This document shows positions 1 through 8,684 of a stretch of DNA of 64,000 nucleotides, one piece after another. Every line of letters begins with the position of its first letter. The first letter of the stretch is position 1. The stretch is from Candidatus Tectimicrobiota bacterium. Lineage in GTDB: Bacteria > JACPUC01. The stretch lies in assembly GCA_016192455.1 (NCBI GenBank), contig JACPUC010000008.1:248001-312000 (forward strand), read 5' to 3'. A program made the translations under genes and the position numbers. The notes under the pieces are model-generated. The model searched no databases, had not been told where the DNA came from, and saw only the letters and a program-made list of their open reading frames with translations.

Positions 1-114
1 CGGCGCGGGGCTGGATGAGGGTGGCCGCAGGCTGGCGCGGGCGGGCCCCGACCGTCCCTTTGCGCTCGCGCCGTTGGCGGCGCTCCTCTGCAACCGCGCT
101 GCGGAGAAGGCCAC

Positions 115-1071
115 ATGCACTCGAGTACCTTCGTGAGCTCCACCCGCACGCCACTGCTGACCTGGAAAGCGCTCCTCGGTCTTTCGCGCACCGTGCAGGC
201 GTCGCTGAGCATGGCGCAACCGATCCTCGGAGCGCTGGTGGCCTTGCTCGCCGTCCCCACGTGGCGGCAGGTGATCCTCGGCTTCATCGCCGTCTGGGCG
301 GGGAACCATGCGGCGTTTGCCACCAACGACCTGCTTGACTACCAGATCGACCGGCGGCGCTTCGAGCAGCAGCGCGCCCTGCGGGGGTTCGACATCGACG
401 CCACGATCGTGCGCCACCCCATCGCCCAGGGCTACCTGTCGCCGCGGCTGGCCCTGGGGTGGGTGCTCGTCCTCAGCGCCGTCACCCTGGTGTGCGCCAC
501 CCTCCTCAGCCCGATGGCCGCGCTCACCTTCGTGGTGGCGATGCTCCTCGAGGTCACCTACTGCAAGCTCCTCACCGTGACCCCCTGGAAGTTCCTCATC
601 ACCGGCGTGATGGTGGCCACCGGCGGGACGGCTGGCTGGTTCGCCGTGCGCAGCAGCATCGACTGGCCGGTCTTCCTCGCGTTCTTCGTCTGGATGGGGG
701 CGTGGGAGATCGGCGGGCGGAACATCGTCAACGACTGGTCCGACGTCGAGGAGGACCGCCGCCTCGGCATTAGGACGATGCCGGTGGTGTACGGCTTCAA
801 AGTGTCGGCGGCGCTCATCGTCTTCTTCCTGGTCCTCACCTTCGCGTCAAGCCTAGCCCTGGCAAGCGTCCTGGTCCTCCATCGTTCGTTCCTGATCGCC
901 GCCGTGGTCATCGGCGCCTATGCGCTCCTCCTCCCCGGCCTGCGGCTGCTGCGCGATCCGCAGCCGGAACGCGCCCTGGAGTTATTCAACCGCGCCAGCT
1001 TCTACCCCGCGGCGATGCTGGCGGCCCTGCTCGGCGTCCTCTACCTGCCAGCGTTGTTCAGCGCGCCCTGA
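115..1071 (+). CDS. UbiA-family prenyltransferase
   Basis: Multi-TM protein with two Asp-rich motifs, NDLLDYQID and NDWSDVEEDRRLG, and the RHPIAQG loop. Confidence 0.85.
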   Translation: MHSSTFVSSTRTPLLTWKALLGLSRTVQASLSMAQPILGALVALLAVPTWRQVILGFIAVWAGNHAAFATNDLLDYQIDRRRFEQQRALRGFDIDATIVRHPIAQGYLSPRLALGWVLVLSAVTLVCATLLSPMAALTFVVAMLLEVTYCKLLTVTPWKFLITGVMVATGGTAGWFAVRSSIDWPVFLAFFVWMGAWEIGGRNIVNDWSDVEEDRRLGIRTMPVVYGFKVSAALIVFFLVLTFASSLALASVLVLHRSFLIAAVVIGAYALLLPGLRLLRDPQPERALELFNRASFYPAAMLAALLGVLYLPALFSAP

Positions 1072-1166
1072 GCCTCCCTGCCCTCCCGCGCCACGGCGGC
1101 GGGGGCGCCCCGTGCCGCAGAGGGAGAGGCGAGCGGCAAGGCTGGCAACCCGCGCGAGGTGAATCG

Positions 1167-2756
1167 ATGGCGGAGAAGACGGAGTATGACGTCATCATCG
1201 TGGGGGGCGGGCACAACGGGCTGACCTGCGGCGCGCTGCTGGCGCGGGCCGGGCTGGACGTCCTGGTGCTCGAACGGCGCCACAATATCGGCGGCGGCTG
1301 CTGCACCGAGGAGGTGACGCTGCCGGGGTTCCGGCATAACCTGCACTCGCAGGGGCACGTCTGGATGGTGCGGGGACCGGTCTACCGGGCGCTGCAGCTC
1401 GACAAACTCGGCGTCCAGTACGTCTACCCCGATCCGGTCTACGCCATGGTCTTCCGCGATGGACGCAGCCTCTGCCTTTACAAGGACCTCGACCGCACCT
1501 GCGAACAGATCGCCCAGTTCTCGAAGCGCGACGCCGACGCTTACCGCGAGCACTACCAGCGTTTCGAAGCGCTGCGCCGCCTGGTCATCTCCTCGTGGTA
1601 TGCGCCGCCGCTGCCGCCCTCGAAGCTCTTTGCGTCGCTGGAGGGGACCGAGGACGGCATGCGGGTGCTGCAGATGATGAACATGTCCACGGAGCGCGTC
1701 TGCCATGAGCTCTTCGAAGATGAGGCGGTGAAAGCCTGGATTCTCCTCCTGGCGATGCAGGGCGGCAACCCCCTCGACCTGAGCGGCACGGGGGTGTGGC
1801 TGACGGTCCTCGTCTCCGGTTTTCACGAACGCCCCTGGGGGATCTGCGTGGGCGGCTCGCGGCAGCTCGCCGAAGGCCTGCAGAAGGCCCTCGAGGCGGC
1901 GGGCGGCACGGTGCGCAAGCAGGCGCACGTGAGCCGCATCCTGGTGCAGCAGGGGGAGGCCCGCGGCGTCGAGCTGGCGGACGGCACACGGTACGCGGCG
2001 CGCCAGGCAATCGCCTCGAACACCAACCCCATCGCCACCTTCACCGAGCTCATCACCCCCGAGCACAGCGACGCCGCTTTCCTGCGCAAGGTGAAGAACT
2101 ACCAGGCGGATGACATGTCGCTCTTCACCCCCCACCTTGCCCTCAATGAAGCGCCGCGGTATACCGCCAGCGCCGGCAACCCGGACGTGCAGAAGGCGAT
2201 GTTCGTCGGTTGGGGCCAGGAGACGGTGGACGAGATGCACCAGCAGTTCAACGCCATCCGCCTGCGGCAGTTGCCGGAATCGGTGGGCGGCATGTCGATC
2301 GCCCCGACGGTGCACGATCCGACCCAGGCGCCGCCGGGCAAGCATACTGCCTTCTTCTGGCAGTTCGCGCCGTTCGAGATCGGCGACAGCGCCGCGGCCT
2401 GGGACCGGGAGAAGGAGGCGTACGCGGATCACTGCCTGGAGGTCTGGCGGCAGTACGCGCCGAACATGAACGCGGAGAACATCCTGGGACGCTACATCTA
2501 CTCGCCCCTCGACATCTCGCGGAACACCATCTCGATGTTCCGCGGTTCGCAGATGCACGGCTCCGTCGGGCCGCACCAGATGGGCGCGTTCCGGCCCTTC
2601 CCCGGCTGGTCCGGCTACCGCATGCCGATCAAGCGGCTCTACCTCTGCGGCGGCTCGACTCACCCGTGCGGCGGCGTCACCGGGGCGCCGGGGTTCAACG
2701 CGGCGGGCGTCATCGCCGACGATGTCGGGGTAAAGAAGTGGTGGCTGCGGGCGTGA
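1167..2756 (+). CDS. NAD(P)/FAD-dependent oxidoreductase, phytoene-dehydrogenase-like (COG1233), copy A
   Basis: N-terminal DVIIVGGGHNGL...LERRHNIGGGC Rossmann motif, DPTQAPPGKHT, C-terminal LYLCGGSTHPCGGVTGAPGFNAA; GAGGTG RBS. Confidence 0.9.
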   Translation: MAEKTEYDVIIVGGGHNGLTCGALLARAGLDVLVLERRHNIGGGCCTEEVTLPGFRHNLHSQGHVWMVRGPVYRALQLDKLGVQYVYPDPVYAMVFRDGRSLCLYKDLDRTCEQIAQFSKRDADAYREHYQRFEALRRLVISSWYAPPLPPSKLFASLEGTEDGMRVLQMMNMSTERVCHELFEDEAVKAWILLLAMQGGNPLDLSGTGVWLTVLVSGFHERPWGICVGGSRQLAEGLQKALEAAGGTVRKQAHVSRILVQQGEARGVELADGTRYAARQAIASNTNPIATFTELITPEHSDAAFLRKVKNYQADDMSLFTPHLALNEAPRYTASAGNPDVQKAMFVGWGQETVDEMHQQFNAIRLRQLPESVGGMSIAPTVHDPTQAPPGKHTAFFWQFAPFEIGDSAAAWDREKEAYADHCLEVWRQYAPNMNAENILGRYIYSPLDISRNTISMFRGSQMHGSVGPHQMGAFRPFPGWSGYRMPIKRLYLCGGSTHPCGGVTGAPGFNAAGVIADDVGVKKWWLRA

Positions 2757-2851
2757 CACACGGGGGAAGGCACCCTCGAGCCTGGTGGGATGACGACGTC
2801 TCACCGGCAGGGTTGCTGCTTGTTCTGTGATGAGTGAAAGAGGAGAGGAGC

Positions 2852-4477
2852 ATGGCTGAAGAATACGATCTGATAGTCCTCGGAGGCGGTCATAACGGCC
2901 TGACGTGCGCCGGTCTCCTCGCCAAGGCCGGCTGGAGCGTTTGCGTCCTGGAACGGCGCCACAACATCGGCGGCGGCTGCGCCACCGAGGAGGTGACGCT
3001 CCCCGGCTTCAAGCACAACATCCACTCCCAGGGGCACGTTTCAATCAACACCGGCCCGATCTACAAGACCCTAGAGCTGGAGAAGCACGGGGTGCGGTAC
3101 GTGCATCCCGACCCGACCTGGGCCACCGTCTTCAAGGACAAGACGGGCCTCCTGCTCTGCCGCAGCGTCGATCAGACCTGCGACTCCATCGCCCAGGTCT
3201 CGAAGAAGGACGCCAAGACCTACCGCGACTTCTACAACCGCTTCGAGAGCCTGCGGCAGCTCTACGTGGCCTCCTGGTACTCGCCCCCGCTGCCGCCCTC
3301 TAAGATCTTCTCGGTGCTGGAGGGAACGCGCGACGGGCAGCTCCTCCTGCAGATGTGGAACGCGAGCTGCAAGGACATCGTGAACGGCTTCTTCGAGAGC
3401 GAGAAGGTGAAGGTGTGGATCATGATCATCTCCATGCAGGGGGGCAACCTCCTCGACCTGTATGGAGTCGGCGCCTACATCCCGATCCTCTTCACCGGCA
3501 TGCACACGAAGCCCTGGGGCGTCTGCGTCGGCGGCTCCCGGCAGCTCGCCGAGGGCCTGCAGAAGGCGGTCGAAGCGGCCGGCGGGGTGGTGCGCAAGAA
3601 CGCCCACGTCTCGAAGATCAACGTCGAGAACGGCCGCGCCGTCGGCGTCACTCTCGAGGACGGCACCTTCATCAAGGCGAAGCACGCGGTGGCCTCCAAC
3701 ACCAACGTCAAGGCGACCTTCCTCGACTACGTCGGCGAGGAGCACTGCGACGAGGAGTTCCTGCGCATGGTGCGGGCCTACCTGCCCGACGAGGTGGCGC
3801 CCTTCACGCCGCACTTCGCCCTCAACGAGGCGCCCCAGTACCTGGCGTCGAAGAATTGCCCGGACGTGCAGAAGGCGTGCTTCGTCGGCTGGGGCTGCGA
3901 GAACCTGCACGAGATGCAGATGCACGCCAACGACATCCGCGTCGGCATCCCCTCGAAGATCGTCCCCGGCTGCTCCATCTCCACCACCGTGCACGATCCC
4001 ACCCAGGCGCCCCCCGGCAAGCACACCGCCTTCGTCTGGCAGTACGCACCCTTCCACCTCGCGGAGGGCGGCGCCGAGCGTTGGGCGTCGTTCAAGGAGG
4101 AATACGGCGACCACGTCCAGAAGGTGTGGTGCGAGTACGCCCCGAACATGCAGGGGGACAACGTCCTGGCGCGTTACTGCTACTCGCCCCTCGACATCTC
4201 CCGCACCACGATCTCGATGTTCGAAGGTTCGATGAACCACGGCCATTGCAGCCCGAACCAGATGGGCATCTTCCGCCCCTTCCCGGGCTGGTCGCACTAC
4301 CGCATGCCGATCCAGGGCCTCTACCTCGTCGGTTCCTCGGCCCACCCCACCGGCGGCGTCACCGGCGCCCCCGGCTTCAATGCCGCCGGCGTCATCGCCG
4401 ACGACAACAAGCTCACCAAGTGGTGGTGGCGGCCCGGCAAGTCCTACAGCACCGAGCCGGCCGGCCGGCGCCGCTAG
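2852..4477 (+). CDS. NAD(P)/FAD-dependent oxidoreductase, phytoene-dehydrogenase-like (COG1233), copy B
   Basis: Same motifs as 1167..2756 and alignable along its full length; ATG 2852 follows GAGGAG. Confidence 0.9.
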   Translation: MAEEYDLIVLGGGHNGLTCAGLLAKAGWSVCVLERRHNIGGGCATEEVTLPGFKHNIHSQGHVSINTGPIYKTLELEKHGVRYVHPDPTWATVFKDKTGLLLCRSVDQTCDSIAQVSKKDAKTYRDFYNRFESLRQLYVASWYSPPLPPSKIFSVLEGTRDGQLLLQMWNASCKDIVNGFFESEKVKVWIMIISMQGGNLLDLYGVGAYIPILFTGMHTKPWGVCVGGSRQLAEGLQKAVEAAGGVVRKNAHVSKINVENGRAVGVTLEDGTFIKAKHAVASNTNVKATFLDYVGEEHCDEEFLRMVRAYLPDEVAPFTPHFALNEAPQYLASKNCPDVQKACFVGWGCENLHEMQMHANDIRVGIPSKIVPGCSISTTVHDPTQAPPGKHTAFVWQYAPFHLAEGGAERWASFKEEYGDHVQKVWCEYAPNMQGDNVLARYCYSPLDISRTTISMFEGSMNHGHCSPNQMGIFRPFPGWSHYRMPIQGLYLVGSSAHPTGGVTGAPGFNAAGVIADDNKLTKWWWRPGKSYSTEPAGRRR

Positions 4478-4495
4478 CTCCCCTCCCGTCAGGCC

Positions 4496-4538
4496 CCGGC
4501 AGGTCAGGGAACGCCCCCTGGCCTGCCGGCCCTTTCTT
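4496..4538 (+). terminator. Possible intrinsic terminator after the second flavoprotein
   Basis: Stem CCGGCAGGTCAGGG / CCCTGGCCTGCCGG followed by a weak T-tract (CCCTTTCTT). Confidence 0.4.
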
Positions 4539-4582
4539 GCCCGGCTCGTTGCCTCCCCGCGCGCTTCTTCCCCCTCCGCCCA

Positions 4583-4612
4583 TTGACGGCAACCGCTCGG
4601 GCAGGCTAGGCT
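4583..4612 (+). promoter_or_regulatory. Possible sigma70-type promoter
   Basis: TTGACG-18 nt-TAGGCT upstream of the ATG at 4762. Confidence 0.3.
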
Positions 4613-4761
4613 TGCAGCCATTGTCCGGAGCACGACCGCGGCGCCTGGGGGAGGGAAGGTCCCAGGGGCAGGCGGTGCGGAAGGCCGGAGCCTGCAACCT
4701 CAGAGGAGCCGACAGAGACGCCGGCTCTGCGCTGCGTGAAGGCGCGTCCCGGGAAACCGCC

Positions 4762-6678
4762 ATGGAAATCATCTCCAGCCTCGTCCGAACTGAAATCTCC
4801 GTCAGCAGCGTCAGCCGCGAGGAGGAGGAGTTCGTCGTCGAAGGCGAAACCCTCGGCATGCCGTCGAAGGTGTATGTGCGGCCGGAAGAGATCGGCGACA
4901 TGATCGGCGTCTTCCTGAGCTGGCGCGCCATCGCCTACTTTCTGCGCTGGCCGTTCCTCTACGCCCGCTGGTACCTCGAGCGCCAGGACCTCGAGCGCCA
5001 GCTCCGCTCCTTCGGCATCATCCTGTCGCTGAGCCTCATCGGCGTGCTGCTGCTGGGCGGGCGCGGCGCGCTGCGGGCCTTCCCCCTGCAAGGGGCGGCG
5101 GCGCTGCTGAGCTTCGCCGTCTTCGCCTTCGTCGCCGCACTCGTGACCGAGCGGCGCAGCCTCCTCTATGGCGCGGTGATGCTGGCGGAGGTCGCGGAGC
5201 ACCTCCTGCTGTACGCCGCCGGCGCCGAGGCCACGAGCTACGCGACGTGGGCCCTGGCTCCGCTGGCCGTCCTGGCGATCATCGGCTGGCTCCTGCAGCG
5301 GCGCGCCGCCGAGCAGGACGGGGGGAACCCCCACGCCAAGGCGCTCTTCCGCAACGGCTACATCCTCATCTCGTTGTATGCCGGCATCCTCCTCTGGTCC
5401 TTCGGATCGCACCTCAGCGCCGCCGCCTGGCGGCTCTACGTGCCGCTGCTCGGCTTTGCCGCCTATTTCCTGTGGCGCTTCGCCCTCACCCTGCGCCTGC
5501 CGCAGCTCTACTTCGGCATCATCTACCTGGCGCTCGGCTACGTGGTCCTCGTGCGCAGCATCCCCGGCATGCCCGCCGCCTACCAGGGCCTGCCGATCCT
5601 GGCCCTGGCCATCGGCATGATGCTCGTCGCCAGCTCCTACCATGAGGCCCTCGAGTTCCGCCGCCTGCACCCCCTCTACCTGGCCGGCATGATCCTGTCG
5701 CTGCTGGCGCTCATTCCGGTGCTCGACAGCCGCCTGGCGATGCTCCTCTACCTCGCGGCGATGGCCACGCACTACTTCTGGATGCACCGCGAAGGCGCCC
5801 GCAAGCTCACGGTTGATCAGCCCGGCGACCAGTTCGTGCTCTGGACCGCCTTCCTGTTCGCCAACGGCGCCGCCTACCTGGCGCTGCTCCTTTTCTTCCT
5901 TTACGGCTTCGAGCCCGCGCCGCTGATCCTCCTTGCCGCCCTGGCGTTCAGCCTCAATGAGCTGAAGATGGGCTTCGCCCAGCCGCGTTCTCTCTTCAGG
6001 CGGCGCACCCAGCACCTCTACTGGGCGGGCCTGTTCTGGACGGTGTTCGTGGCGGTGACGCTGCGCTGGCTGGGAAGTGCCCATCCATGGCCCTCGCGCG
6101 CCCCCTTCGCCGTTCCCTTCGTGGTCGTCGGCATCATGGTCGGCCTCTGGACCCTGCGGACCTACCGCGTGGAAGCCCAGCGTCAGCACCTCGGCCACTC
6201 CCTCCTTGACGCGAGCTACCTGCTGATCGCCGTGTCGTACCTGCTCCCGTCCGTCAGCGGCGAGACGCGCCTCGTCGCCTCGGTGGTCCTCACGATCCTC
6301 TACCTGCTCGTCTTCCTCATCCTCTACGGCGTCACCCAGGAGCCGTACCTCGTCCACGGCGTGACCGTGGCGCTCCTCTTCTTCCTCAGCCATCTCCTTG
6401 CCGGCCTGACGGCGCGTCCCCTGGCGCAAGCCCTCTTGCTGAGCGCCGTCGGTCTCCTTTCGATGCTGACGGTGCTGATCCGTCCGCCCGTGGCCGCGGT
6501 GCGCCGCCACACCCTCACCCTGTCCTGGTTCCTCCTCAGCGGGCTGGCGCTCTACGCCGCGCTCCCCTCGCATCGCGCCACCCTCCTCGTCAGCACGATC
6601 TGGGCCGCGGCGTATCTGCTCGGCAGCGTGGCCGTGGAGCGGGCCACGCAGGCCACGCCCCAGAACGCGTCCTCATAG
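4762..6678 (+). CDS. Polytopic membrane protein of unknown function with a small soluble N-terminal domain
   Basis: 3' part of the 3355..6678 ORF from ATG 4762 (MEIISSLVRTE...); many hydrophobic segments; next gene starts 10 nt later. Confidence 0.75.
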   Translation: MEIISSLVRTEISVSSVSREEEEFVVEGETLGMPSKVYVRPEEIGDMIGVFLSWRAIAYFLRWPFLYARWYLERQDLERQLRSFGIILSLSLIGVLLLGGRGALRAFPLQGAAALLSFAVFAFVAALVTERRSLLYGAVMLAEVAEHLLLYAAGAEATSYATWALAPLAVLAIIGWLLQRRAAEQDGGNPHAKALFRNGYILISLYAGILLWSFGSHLSAAAWRLYVPLLGFAAYFLWRFALTLRLPQLYFGIIYLALGYVVLVRSIPGMPAAYQGLPILALAIGMMLVASSYHEALEFRRLHPLYLAGMILSLLALIPVLDSRLAMLLYLAAMATHYFWMHREGARKLTVDQPGDQFVLWTAFLFANGAAYLALLLFFLYGFEPAPLILLAALAFSLNELKMGFAQPRSLFRRRTQHLYWAGLFWTVFVAVTLRWLGSAHPWPSRAPFAVPFVVVGIMVGLWTLRTYRVEAQRQHLGHSLLDASYLLIAVSYLLPSVSGETRLVASVVLTILYLLVFLILYGVTQEPYLVHGVTVALLFFLSHLLAGLTARPLAQALLLSAVGLLSMLTVLIRPPVAAVRRHTLTLSWFLLSGLALYAALPSHRATLLVSTIWAAAYLLGSVAVERATQATPQNASS

Positions 6679-6687
6679 GAGGCGCCC

Positions 6688-8517
6688 GTGAAGCTGCGCG
6701 ATGTCATCCTCTGGGTGGGGCATCTCCTCGTCCTCGCCGCCCTCATCTACCAGACGGCGCAGCGCTCGCAGGCCGGCGTCATCGGGGTGGCGCTCGCCAT
6801 GAGCGCGGTCTACTACGTGAGCGCGGCCGTCGCCCGGCGCGAAAGCTTCCTCTACCTCGGCAACGCCCTCCTGGCCCTCGGCTACCTCCTCCTGGTGCGC
6901 TTGGTGGGGACGCTGGAGATAGCGCTCCTCCTGGCGCTGCCGGTGGTGGCGGTGCTCTCCATCCTGGGCGTGGCCTTGGTTCGGCGCGAGCTTCCCCGGC
7001 ACGCGGAGGCCTGCGACTGGGTGGCCCACGCCGCCGGCATCGGCGTGAGCGCCGCCGTCGTGATGTACGCGCCGCGGCTGCAGGGCTACGCGGCGGTGAT
7101 CGTCGCGCTGCTCCTCTACGCGGCGCTCTACCTCGGCCTGTGGCGCTTGCGCCGGCAGCACTGGTTCCTCCTCGCCGCCACGCTCGCCGCGGGCCTTGCC
7201 TGGTACTTCCTCGTGCTTGCCCTCTGGCCCGGCTCGCCGGCGGTCGCCGCGGCGCTGCTGGCGGCCGTGGCGGCGGTGGCGGCCCTGAAGGGACGCTATG
7301 TCTGGCGGCGGCGTGGGGTCGATCGCTCGGCGCCGGTTTACACTGGAGCCTCCATCCTCGCCCTCGTGGCCACCATGGTGGCGTTCTTCACCCTGCCGCA
7401 CGGGGCGTCCGTCCCCACTTACCTGGTGGCGGCGCTCGCCCACACCCTGGTGCTGGCGTATGCCCGCCGGGACGAGGTCGTTTACCTCATCACGTACACG
7501 CTCGGGCTGCTGGCGTGGAGCTTCATCCGCCTCTCCGGCGGCTCTTTCCTGCATGCCATGATGGATGATTTCCTCTATTCCCTTCTCGTGGCCGGCGCCA
7601 TCTTCCTTTACCCCGCCGTGCGCACCGTGCTGCGCTATCGCTGGTCGCTGGCGGAGTGGCTGACGCGCGGCCACCAGCGCGTCCTCTACATCGGGCTGGG
7701 GGCGGTGCTGGCGGTGCTGGCCTGGGATGCCGCGTGGATCAACGCCACCGCCGAGAATCCCAACTTCTGCAACTCCTGCCACACCATGCAGCCAATGGTG
7801 GCGACGTGGCGGCAGTCCAAGCACAGCCAAGTCGGGTGCGACACGTGCCACTACGCGCCCGGCGTGACCAACACCGTGCGCGGGCGCATCACCGGCCTCA
7901 TGATGGTGGCGCAGACCGTCACCGGCCGCTACGGCACGAAGGCGCACGGCAATGTCGTGGATGCCTCCTGCCAGCGCGCCGGCTGCCACAGTCTCGCCTC
8001 GTTGACGAACACCACGGTCATCGCCCCCAAGGTTCGCTTCAACCACATCGTCATGTTGGCGCTGCCACAGGAGAAGACCCGCGGCATTGATTTGAAGTGC
8101 GTTACCTGTCACACCCATGCCGTCGAGGGGCCGCACTTCGCGGCGCAGCCGGCGGTCTGCTACCTCTGCCACCTGATGAATCCGAAGCCGGAAACCGGGG
8201 TCGGCGTGGGAACATGCCAGAACTGCCACCTGCAGACGCCGCAAGAGCTGCGGGCCGCCGGCCAGGCCACGGTCGGCAACGGCGAGGTGGACGAGGAGCG
8301 CTGTCTGCGCTGCCACCTCAAGAGAGAGGGCATCAAAGAGGCGCAGCGCCTGCACGACCTCCACATCAGCGGCAACGAGGACTTCACGAGGGGGAAGACC
8401 GAGTGCTTCGATTGCCACCGGGTCATCCGCCACGGCAAGGGTGACCCGTTCGCCTTTCCGCAGAAGCCCGTCGTCAGCGCGGCGCCATCCCAGCAGGCCC
8501 AGGCTGACCGGCGCTAG
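6688..8517 (+). CDS. Polytopic membrane protein fused to a C-terminal multiheme cytochrome c (NapC/NirT-like start)
   Basis: About 350 hydrophobic N-terminal residues, then CNSCH, CDTCH, CQRAGCH, CVTCH, CYLCH, CQNCH, CLRCH, CFDCH; GGAGG RBS before GTG. Confidence 0.85.
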   Translation: MKLRDVILWVGHLLVLAALIYQTAQRSQAGVIGVALAMSAVYYVSAAVARRESFLYLGNALLALGYLLLVRLVGTLEIALLLALPVVAVLSILGVALVRRELPRHAEACDWVAHAAGIGVSAAVVMYAPRLQGYAAVIVALLLYAALYLGLWRLRRQHWFLLAATLAAGLAWYFLVLALWPGSPAVAAALLAAVAAVAALKGRYVWRRRGVDRSAPVYTGASILALVATMVAFFTLPHGASVPTYLVAALAHTLVLAYARRDEVVYLITYTLGLLAWSFIRLSGGSFLHAMMDDFLYSLLVAGAIFLYPAVRTVLRYRWSLAEWLTRGHQRVLYIGLGAVLAVLAWDAAWINATAENPNFCNSCHTMQPMVATWRQSKHSQVGCDTCHYAPGVTNTVRGRITGLMMVAQTVTGRYGTKAHGNVVDASCQRAGCHSLASLTNTTVIAPKVRFNHIVMLALPQEKTRGIDLKCVTCHTHAVEGPHFAAQPAVCYLCHLMNPKPETGVGVGTCQNCHLQTPQELRAAGQATVGNGEVDEERCLRCHLKREGIKEAQRLHDLHISGNEDFTRGKTECFDCHRVIRHGKGDPFAFPQKPVVSAAPSQQAQADRR

Positions 8518-8684
8518 CCGGGCGCCCTGGGGATTCGCCCCGGCGCCTGGCCCGCCGGGCGACCGACCTTAACGCAACCCCGGCCCCTGTGTGCGTCGCG
8601 CGCGGGCAGAGGGGGCCGGGGAACGATGATCCCCATGGCGAGCTGCCGCGTGATCCACCCCGAGCCGAGGGCGCCGACGTTGCC

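Noticed and set aside
1167-4477. Naming the flavoproteins crtI/crtO and the UbiA gene a lycopene elongase
   Set aside because: No phytoene synthase or cyclase in view; family-level motifs only
3355-4761. N-terminal extension making an 1107-aa ORF
   Set aside because: Out-of-frame shadow over the flavoprotein gene with Arg/Gly/Pro-rich low-information translation; the plausible protein starts at ATG 4762
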